Below are positions 53,541 through 64,000 of a stretch of 64,000 nt of DNA, one piece after another (within the stretch, counting starts at the first letter, position 1; each line of letters starts with the position of its first letter). Below the pieces are notes generated by a model. That model had not been told where the DNA came from. It was given only the letters and a program-made list of their open reading frames with translations, and searched no databases. The stretch is from Schmidtea polychroa. Lineage: Eukaryota. Where the stretch lies: contig CM097885.1 in the NCBI GenBank assembly GCA_044892525.1, positions 139,996,001-140,060,000 on the forward strand, given 5' to 3'. A program made the translations under genes and the position numbers.

Positions 53541-53995
53541 GAAAAACTTAAAATTTTTTTTTTTACACACACAACCCATTAACAATTATTATTATCAATA
53601 TTAGTGAAAACCTAAAATATTTTCTACACACACACAACCCATTAACCATTATTATTATTGCAAATATTAGTCAAAAACATAAAAACACTCATAAACCATT
53701 ATTATTATCAATATTCGTGAAAACCTCAAATATTTTTTACACACNNNNNNNNNNNNNNNNNNNNNNNNNNNNNNNNNNNNNNNNNNNNNNNNNNNNNNNN
53801 NNNNNNNNNNNNNNNNNNNNNNNNNNNNNNNNNNNNNNNNNNNNNNNNNNNNNNNNNNNNNNNNNNNNNNNNNNNNNNNNNNAATAATTTTTACACACAC
53901 AACCCCTCAACCATTATTATTATTATCAATATTAATAACCTAAAATATTTTCTACACACATATACAACCCATTAAACTTTTATTATTATTATTAA

Positions 53996-54041
<46 letters not shown>

Positions 54042-54277
54042 GCAAATATTAGTTAAAAAGATAAATTATTTCTACACACATACACAACCCATTAACCATT
54101 ATTATTATCATTATTAGTGAAAACCTAAAATATTTTTTACACACACACACAACCCATTAACCATTATTATTATTGCAAATATTAGTCAAAAACATAAAAA
54201 CACTCATAAACCATTATTATTATCAATATTCGTGAAAACCTCAAATATTTTTTACACACATATACAACCCATTAAAC

Positions 54278-54316
<39 letters not shown>

Positions 54317-54360
54317 ATTATTATTATTATTAGTGAAAAAACCTTAAATAATTTTTACAC
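52520..54360. repeat. Satellite of ~60-65-bp units with variable (ATT)n tracts
   Basis: Recurring ATATTAGTGAAAACCTAAAATATTTTCTACACACATATACAACCCATTAA. Confidence 0.85.
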
Positions 54361-54607
54361 ACTAAGTTATGGGGTAGAGTATTATTATGTTTGCAGTATT
54401 CTGTGTTTGCCTTTACAGGAAGTTGTCAATAAGGAGCGATAATTTTACACACACATTCTATATACACATACCTTGTTTAACATGGGTGTATATATTCCTA
54501 GTTTATCCGACAAAATATTCTGTCCCCCTATGGGTATTGCTCACAAAGGTACTGCTAAAACTTTAACATATTATTACACACAATGTATAAAAAATATTAT
54601 TACTGTC

Positions 54608-57600
54608 CACACATGCTACAAGTTAGTATTCCCATCGATAGCTCATCTTAAAGTCTAGTGTAAGATCTATCTAATGATATATTATTNNNNNNNNNNNNNN
54701 NNNNNNNNNNNNNNNNNNNNNNNNNNNNNNNNNNNNNNNNNNNNNNNNNNNNNNNNNNNNNNNNNNNNNNNNNNNNNNNNNNNNNNNNNNNNNNNNNNNN
54801 NNNNNNNNNNNNNNNNNNNNNNNNNNNNNNNNNNNNNNNNNNNNNNNNNNNNNNNNNNNNNNNAATAATTTTTACATACTAAGTTATGGGGTAGAGTATT
54901 ATTATGTTTGCAGTATTCTGCCTTTACAGGAAGTTGTCAATAAGGAGCGATAATTTTACACACACATTCTATATACACATACCTTGTTTAACATGGGTGT
55001 ATATACTCATAGTTTATCCGACAAAATATTCTGTCCCCCTATGGGTATTGCTCACAAAGGTACTACTCACACTCAACATATCGCAAGGGTATATTAATTA
55101 GGGTTAGTAAATAAAACCTATCACACATACTATTTAAACTATAAAAATCAAGACAAGAGAGGACAAGGCAAAGTTTATGCATTTAGTATTGCCAGGTCTA
55201 ATGAGCAGTGACCAAATATCTGTGCCTGAAAGACACGGTGGATATTTGTTCGCGTCCACAAGGGTCGTCTGTGCCTCCCCCAAGTGGGGTCAAAAGAACC
55301 TGGGCATTATAGCTTTCCGTACGGAACATTACGCCTAGCATGGGTAGTCAACTACCAGCACATTCGAAACGTATAATTTCAAAATACATGCGTCATTGGC
55401 ACTATAACCAAATTAATTAATGTTTTCACTAACACAAATATATATTTACAGAGGCCTCCCACTAGTTGGATTACAACCGCCCACCACGACGATCAGCTTG
55501 TAAATATATATTAATTAAGGGATAAAGAGGACCCACCCAACCCTATTATATTTAATTTACAAATTTTTCTCGCTCTTCTGCTGGTAATCTATCTCAAAAT
55601 TAATCTCTCCATCGGGCCATTTGGAATACATCTTGCAAATTGGACGTATTTCTTAGTCTCTGATGCGGCGTCAACTATCATTGCTAAAATTTATATTGAT
55701 TTAAAAGCAATTAACTTACATTATCTAACATTTTATCATCACAAATTAAATTCTGGCTGACTATTAGGCAACTGTTATTTGTGGTATACTTTTCAATGTC
55801 ATTTCCCACCATAAAACACAGATACCTAAATATAATATATATATTTTAAAGAATTAATTCATGTCTTACATTAATAATAATATTCTTCAGGTAGTACTTT
55901 ACAATATCTAATTGATAAAACATCGGTTTTTTCCCATTTTTCTTGACATTCGTTGAAAGTTTACATAATTTAAGTAAACATTCATGTTGAAGGACACCCC
56001 CAATCAGCTAATTCATTTAAGAAATCCCGAACATAGCAATGTTTCACCATTTTGTCTGGTTCATTTTCTTCTATAATTCATGTTTTAATAAGAAATCTCT
56101 AAATCCAGAACATAAGTCATTTAGTGTTTCACCATTTTGTTCATCTTCTTCATAATTATATAATTCATTTTCTTCATTACTAAGTAAAATAATTAAAATA
56201 TTGTAGTAAATTCTTTATTTACTTACTTTATGGATACTAAAACGAAAGAAATAACGTTATATCAGAATTATATTTAAATAATTTAAATTTAGTTATTTAA
56301 ACATATTTAAACACTTTAGTTATTTAAGCATATTTAAACATTAATATTATTATATAGTATAATTTTATATAATTTTATATAATATTATAATATTATAATA
56401 TTATGTATTGTAAATTTAATATATCCTTAATTTAATTTTTTAAATTCAAAAATTTATAATGAAGATTCTTTGAATTAAAAAATATTCTGTTAGTATTTCC
56501 AGGCAGAAAACAACGAATTCAATAATTAAAATCTTAATTTTCATGTTGTTAGGGTTGTGGCCAGAAGTTAATCGCCATCTAATCGTTTGTTCTCAATTTC
56601 GCTCATTTTTGTTCAAAACATTCAGGTGAGTTGTTATCTGGAAAGTTTCTTTGAGCTCAGTTTTGTTAAAACACTCACGGTATTTTTGAGGGACGTGACA
56701 CTGGAAATAAATTAACAATGGGTGGTCATCCATACATGTTGTTGGTTTGAACTGTTGATTTATTTTAGAAATATGTATATTAAAAACATTTAAGGTATCA
56801 TTCAGTAAAATAATATAGTATTTTTGAGTATTTTTAGTTAATTTATAAATAACAGTATTTTGATATATCAATAAAGACCATATACACCGAGTTTATCCGA
56901 CAAAATATTCTGTCCCCCTATGGATATTGCTAGCAAGGGTACTGGTCACACTCAACATGTCGCAATATTAATCATTTAGAAATTCTTAGGTAAGATAATC
57001 AGAAATTTGTGAATATTTTAAATGTAACTTTACACTTATGTCGAGCGACTAATTTATTGGTTAACTTTGTAGTCATTTAAAGCAAAAATTAATTTATTCA
57101 TCTAATGTTCGTTACAATAGATAATAATATGAGAAAAACATGGTCATTATTCATTGATAATTTTAAATTCTTTATCATTTGGAGTAAATTTGTTTGAGGC
57201 AAAAATATTTAAAGGAGTCATAATAGAAATATGGTTATCATTTAACCAAATAAGGTGCTTATTAGTTAAAAATATATATTTATATAGGGTTACAATTCTT
57301 TTCTAATTTAATTAGATGATCATTAGACGTAATATATCTTTGCGAGAAATTTAAGATGTTTGAGTAACCAAAACATTGATATTTTGGGTCATCAATTTAT
57401 GAATAGTGCTTAATTTTCTCATTTTTAGTGATTTAAAATAATATTTAGCAAAGGTAATTTAGCAAAATATCATTTATCCATCCGATAATAATATTCCTTC
57501 AATAGATTAACTGATATTCAACCGATTTAATTTCTAATTAAAATCATAAAATTCCTTCAATAAAGATCAATTTTCTTTAACCGTTGTCGATTTCCAACTT

Positions 57601-58947
57601 TTAAGTCAATATTTCTCAAGTTTTGTCACTGATGTCCCCACAATGAATAAAATAACTTCTTAAGTAAAATAATTTAAAGCAATAACCTTTGATATCAATC
57701 CCAATTAATTCTAAAGATTTCAAATATTTCATTGTGAAAACCAAGTAAATTGATCATTAACCCTAAACGACTTAATAAAACAGTGGATAATTAATATAAA
57801 ACTGGTTCTAAAACATAAATCTAAATTACTGTGCAATAACATTCATCACAACCTAATAAACCTCTAAAACGATATAATTTCACAGGAACTATTATTAATT
57901 CATAGCTAAATACTGACTATTTCCCTTTAAAATTTACCAATAAGAACATTGTCGATTTAAATAGAGATTTTAAACATTTCCACCAAATATTTCTATCATT
58001 TTAAACACCTTAAAAATCATATATTACCATCTTAACCAACCGACTTTAATATATCAGACCTTTAATATATCAATTCTCTTAAAATCCATAGAAAATTCTT
58101 CAAAATATGAATTTTATTTATTTGTTACAGACATCCTTCCATTGAAATAATTTAGTATCTAAATTCAAAGAGTCCACTAAAAGATCAAAATTTACTAAAA
58201 TCAATATTTTCTACAAATATTTCACCACATTTACCATCAAATACCTAACTAGAAATGAAATATATCGATTGATCATAATTCTTCATCGATTCAGCTAATT
58301 ATATAGCAATTATAACGTGATATATCTTTCAAAATCACAAATTTCAGTATATTTTACAATAATTTTTACAAAAATTAAATAATAATAACTTGATTATTGT
58401 AAAAACTCTAATTATTAACCTAACTGTCATTAAAAATATTATTATTTAAAAGTAAATTTAAAAACAAGTCAATAAAATATAGCAAATTATCAAGAAATTA
58501 ATTAAATTTGTCTTAGAATTAACACTAAAACGTTAAATTTCAAAATATTCTTTCAATTATTCACAAAAAGGTTAGTAATAATGTTAGTAAAATCCCGCTA
58601 ACTCTAAAAATTACCAACGAATTTAATGCTAAATAATAACCAAAAATTTGCCTAAATAAAACACACCAATACCTTTACGACCAGTACCCTTACGAGCAGT
58701 ACCAATTGTGAACAGTACCCATAGAGGGAGAAAATATCTTGTCGGATAAACTCAGAGTATATATAATAAAACGAATTAACAATAACTCCATCAAATTGAA
58801 TCAGTCAAATTAACACAAATTTTGATAAAAAATCTTATTCTAAAATGGTAAGAAGCGTAAAGTCGAAAGATAATTTTAATAGCACCGAGATAAATTAATA
58901 ATATTATTCTCAGGTGGTAAGAATCTTCATTAAAGTTAGGAAATTAT
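54608..58947 (+). repeat. Left arm of a large inverted repeat (may extend further left)
   Basis: Reverse complement of 59642-64000; identical ORFs 54904-55101/63489-63686 and 56593-56871/61719-61997. Confidence 0.95.
56885..58757. mobile_element. TA-flanked, TIR-bounded 1.87-kb module with non-transposase cargo (Tc1-like ends)
   Basis: TA|CACCGAGTTTATCCGACAAAATATTC ... AAAATATCTTGTCGGATAAACTCAGAG|TA. Confidence 0.6.
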
Positions 58948-59641
58948 AAGAACTACCAATTGCTATAAAATATTTAAACGAATTTAGTTTTGTTGTTTAA
59001 TAACTTTCGGTTATATTTGAGTGAGTTTTCGAGTGTACCTTTTAACTTTCAGTGCTCATTTTCATTAAAAAGAGTTATGTATCTTAAATTATCTTTTGGA
59101 ATATTTGTTTTTGAAATATTTAGTGTAAAATAGTAAATTTAATAATAAATTGTTAATATTAAAGGACTTAATCAAAATTTAAAATCGGAATTTATCATAA
59201 TTACTCTGTCAAATACAATTCACGGTTTCTTATGTAATAAAATAATCATTTGGGGATTAAATACTTTATTAAATAAAAGTTTATCACATTATTAAAATAT
59301 TTTAATTCGTTAGTAGCTCATATAATAGAAATAATTTTATATATCCTCATCACTTATAGCCGCCGACTCTCGATTTCCCACTAATTATTATCATTTATAT
59401 TCTCCTGGCAAATATTTCTTTTAAAATTGTATTAAATATTTTTTTATTAAAGTGAACGTTTTTTATGAATTTTTATGAAATTTATGAATTTTATGAAATA
59501 ATTTTAAATAAATACAATTAATATATATCCATGCCACTTCTCAGTATATTTTCATTAACCTTCCATAATCCAATAATGAATTATTCTAACACTTATTTTA
59601 ACCCCTTTGAAGTTTATTATTAATTTATCACAGAATAATAA

Positions 59642-62600
59642 ATAATTTCTTAACTTTAATGAAGATTCTTACCACCTGAGAATAATATTGTTAATTTATC
59701 TCGGTGCTATTAAAATTATCTTTCGACTTTACGCTTCTTACCATTTTAGAATAAGATTTTTTATCAAAATTTGTGTTAATTTGACTGATTCAATTTGATG
59801 GAGTTATTATTAATTCGTTTTATTATATATACTCTGAGTTTATCCGACAAGATATTTTCTCAATCTATGGGTACTGTTCACAATTGGTACTGCTCGTAAG
59901 GGTACTGGTCGTAAAGGTATTGGTGTGTTTTATTTAGGCAAATTTTTGGTTATTATTTAGCATTAAATTCGTTGGTAATTTTTAGAGTTAGCGGGATTTT
60001 ACTAACATTATTACTAACCTTTTTGTGAATAATTGAAAGAATATTTTGAAATTTAACGTTTTAGTGTTAATTCTAAGACAAATTTAATTAATTTCTTGAT
60101 AATTTGCTATATTTTATTGACTTGTTTTTAAATTTACTTTTAAATAATAATATTTTTAATGACAGTTAGGTTAATAATTAGAGTTTTTACAATAATCAAG
60201 TTATTATTATTTAATTTTTGTAAAAATTATTGTAAAATATACTGAAATTTGTGATTTTGAAAGATATATCACGTTATAATTGCTATATAATTAGCTGAAT
60301 CGATGAAGAATTATGATCAATCGATATATTTCATTTCTAGTTAGGTATTTGATGGTAAATGTGGTGAAATATTTGTAGAAAATATTGATTTTAGTAAATT
60401 TTGATTTTTTTAATGGGCTCTTTGAATTTAGATACTAAATTATTTCAATGGAAGGATGTCTGTAACAAATAAATAAAATTCATATTTTGAAGAATTTTCT
60501 ATGGATTTTAAGAGAATTGATATATTAAAGGTCTGATATATTAAAGTCGGTTGGTTAAGATGGTAATATATGATTTTTAAGGTGTTTAAAATGATAGAAA
60601 TATTTGGTGGAAATGTTTAAAATCTCTATTTAAATCGACAATGTTCTTATTGGTAAATTTTAAAGGGAAATAGTCAGTATTTAGCTATGAATTAATAATA
60701 GTTCCTGTGAAATTATATCGTTTTAGAGGTTTATTAGGTTGTGATGAATGTTATTGCACAGTAATTTAGATTTATGTTTTAGAACCAGTTTTATATTAAT
60801 TATCCACTGTTTTATTAAGTCGTTTAGGGTTAATGATCAATTTACTTGGTTTTCACAATGAAATATTTGAAATCTTTAGAATTAATTGGGATTGATATCA
60901 AAGGTTATTGCTTTAAATTATTTTACTTAAGAAGTTATTTTATTCATTGTGGGGACATCAGTGACAAAACTTGAGAAATATTGACTTAAAAGTTGGAAAT
61001 CGACAACGGTTAAAGAAAATTGATCTTTATTGAAGGAATTTTATGATTTTAATTAGAAATTAAATCGGTTGAATATCAGTTAATCTATTGAAGGAATATT
61101 ATTATCGGATGGATAAATGATATTTTGCTAAATTACCTTTGCTAAATATTATTTTAAATCACTAAAAATGAGAAAATTAAGCACTATTCATAAATTGATG
61201 ACCCAAAATATCAATGTTTTGGTTACTCAAACATCTTAAATTTCTCGCAAAGATATATTACGTCTAATGATCATCTAATTAAATTAGAAAAGAATTGTAA
61301 CCCTATATAAATATATATTTTTAACTAATAAGCACCTTATTTGGTTAAATGATAACCATATTTCTATTATGACTCCTTTAAATATTTTTGCCTCAAACAA
61401 ATTTACTCCAAATGATAAAGAATTTAAAATTATCAATGAATAATGACCATGTTTTTCTCATATTATTATCTATTGTAACGAACATTAGATGAATAAATTA
61501 ATTTTTGCTTTAAATGACTACAAAGTTAACCAATAAATTAGTCGCTCGACATAAGTGTAAAGTTACATTTAAAATATTCACAAATTTCTGATTATCTTAC
61601 CTAAGAATTTCTAAATGATTAATATTGCGACATGTTGAGTGTGACCAGTACCCTTGCTAGCAATATCCATAGGGGGACAGAATATTTTGTCGGATAAACT
61701 CGGTGTATATGGTCTTTATTGATATATCAAAATACTGTTATTTATAAATTAACTAAAAATACTCAAAAATACTATATTATTTTACTGAATGATACCTTAA
61801 ATGTTTTTAATATACATATTTCTAAAATAAATCAACAGTTCAAACCAACAACATGTATGGATGACCACCCATTGTTAATTTATTTCCAGTGTCACGTCCC
61901 TCAAAAATACCGTGAGTGTTTTAACAAAACTGAGCTCAAAGAAACTTTCCAGATAACAACTCACCTGAATGTTTTGAACAAAAATGAGCGAAATTGAGAA
62001 CAAACGATTAGATGGCGATTAACTTCTGGCCACAACCCTAACAACATGAAAATTAAGATATTAATTATTGAATTCGTTGTTTTCTGCCTGGAAATACTAA
62101 CAGAATATTTTTTAATTCAAAGAATCTTCATTATAAATTTTTGAATTTAAAAAATTAAATTAAGGATATATTAAATTTACAATACATAATATTATAATAT
62201 TATAATATTATATAAAATTATATAAAATTATACTATATAATAATATTAATGTTTAAATATGCTTAAATAACTAAAGTGTTTAAATATGTTTAAATAACTA
62301 AATTTAAATTATTTAAATATAATTCTGATATAACGTTATTTCTTTCGTTTTAGTATCCATAAAGTAAGTAAATAAAGAATTTACTACAATATTTTAATTA
62401 TTTTACTTAGTAATGAAGAAAATGAATTATATAATTATGAAGAAGATGAACAAAATGGTGAAACACTAAATGACTTATGTTCTGGATTTAGAGATTTCTT
62501 ATTAAAACATGAATTATAGAAGAAAATGAACCAGACAAAATGGTGAAACATTGCTATGTTCGGGATTTCTTAAATGAATTAGCTGATTGGGGGTGTCCTT

Positions 62601-64000
62601 CAACATGAATGTTTACTTAAATTATGTAAACTTTCAACGAATGTCAAGAAAAATGGGAAAAAACCGATGTTTTATCAATTAGATATTGTAAAGTACTACC
62701 TGAAGAATATTATTATTAATGTAAGACATGAATTAATTCTTTAAAATATATATATTATATTTAGGTATCTGTGTTTTATGGTGGGAAATGACATTGAAAA
62801 GTATACCACAAATAACAGTTGCCTAATAGTCAGCCAGAATTTAATTTGTGATGATAAAATGTTAGATAATGTAAGTTAATTGCTTTTAAATCAATATAAA
62901 TTTTAGCAATGATAGTTGACGCCGCATCAGAGACTAAGAAATACGTCCAATTTGCAAGATGTATTCCAAATGGCCCGATGGAGAGATTAATTTTGAGATA
63001 GATTACCAGCAGAAGAGCGAGAAAAATTTGTAAATTAAATATAATAGGGTTGGGTGGGTCCTCTTTATCCCTTAATTAATATATATTTACAAGCTGATCG
63101 TCGTGGTGGGCGGTTGTAATCCAACTAGTGGGAGGCCTCTGTAAATATATATTTGTGTTAGTGAAAACATTAATTAATTTGGTTATAGTGCCAATGACGC
63201 ATGTATTTTGAAATTATACGTTTCGAATGTGCTGGTAGTTGACTACCCATGCTAGGCGTAATGTTCCGTACGGAAAGCTATAATGCCCAGGTTCTTTTGA
63301 CCCCACTTGGGGGAGGCACAGACGACCCTTGTGGACGCGAACAAATATCCACCGTGTCTTTCAGGCACAGATATTTGGTCACTGCTCATTAGACCTGGCA
63401 ATACTAAATGCATAAACTTTGCCTTGTCCTCTCTTGTCTTGATTTTTATAGTTTAAATAGTATGTGTGATAGGTTTTATTTACTAACCCTAATTAATATA
63501 CCCTTGCGATATGTTGAGTGTGAGTAGTACCTTTGTGAGCAATACCCATAGGGGGACAGAATATTTTGTCGGATAAACTATGAGTATATACACCCATGTT
63601 AAACAAGGTATGTGTATATAGAATGTGTGTGTAAAATTATCGCTCCTTATTGACAACTTCCTGTAAAGGCAGAATACTGCAAACATAATAATACTCTACC
63701 CCATAACTTAGTATGTAAAAATTATTNNNNNNNNNNNNNNNNNNNNNNNNNNNNNNNNNNNNNNNNNNNNNNNNNNNNNNNNNNNNNNNNNNNNNNNNNN
63801 NNNNNNNNNNNNNNNNNNNNNNNNNNNNNNNNNNNNNNNNNNNNNNNNNNNNNNNNNNNNNNNNNNNNNNNNNNNNNNNNNNNNNNNNNNNNNNNNNNNN
63901 NNNNNNNNNNNNNNNNNNNNNAATAATATATCATTAGATAGATCTTACACTAGACTTTAAGATGAGCTATCGATGGGAATACTAACTTGTAGCATGTGTG
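59642..64000 (-). repeat. Right arm of the large inverted repeat (truncated by the window edge)
   Basis: Mirror of 54608-58947; ~694-bp unique spacer between the arms. Confidence 0.95.
59832..61705. mobile_element. Mirror copy of the TIR-bounded module
   Basis: Inverse of 56885-58757, one base longer. Confidence 0.6.

Noticed and set aside
55191-55300. Hammerhead ribozyme or SRP helix 8
   Set aside because: The core is CTAATGA rather than CTGANGA and stem I does not close. CAGG..GCAG lacks the GNRA loop and the rest of the SRP fold.
56950-58680. Mitochondrial insertion (TGA = Trp)
   Set aside because: All frames examined contain frequent TAA/TAG and no cox, cob or nad motifs were recognised.
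58848-59640. Tc1 transposase start in the palindrome centre
   Set aside because: Only weak resemblance (RDKLIILFSGGK; GVKISVRII), multiple stops, and it lies outside the TIR-bounded module.
61030-61440. Alternative genetic code (TAA/TAG = Gln) ORF
   Set aside because: A TGA-free run this long is not unusual in AT-rich DNA. The frame has TGA just upstream, protein-like segments change frame, and PMPCB ends at TAA.
46066-63934. Poly-N/I/L/Y and X-containing ORFs
   Set aside because: Produced by (ATT)n microsatellites, the 130-bp palindrome and assembly gaps.

Overview
AT-rich eukaryotic scaffold with five N gaps. It is from an animal: it carries a Smad2/3 MH1 domain and GT-AG introns of ~45 nt. 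Two host genes are well supported: SMAD2/3 (minus strand, only MH1 exons found) and a six-exon mitochondrial processing peptidase beta (28619-41339, 457 aa) whose 8.8-kb fourth intron is filled with nested DNA transposons. Most of the rest is mobile DNA. There are two LTR-bounded Ty3/gypsy elements plus a decayed third; one is near-intact, with 245-bp LTRs, a TAGGT TSD and a -1 frameshift signal. There are also Buster-type and hATm-type hAT elements with 8-bp TSDs, Tigger, IS630/Tc1, Penelope and Helitron-like remnants, and piggyBac MITEs. Two structures are not explained by standard families. (1) A ~3.2-kb element inserted in a Tigger end: no RT or transposase, a ~774-codon repeat-protein ORF, a poly(T) tail on the coding strand, no visible TSD, and itself split by the gypsy. 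(2) At the right end, a >=4.3-kb-armed, slightly imperfect palindrome built from TA-flanked Tc1-like end modules carrying decayed gene-like cargo and a hairpin-dense GC island. All assignments are by eye from motifs; no searches were run.
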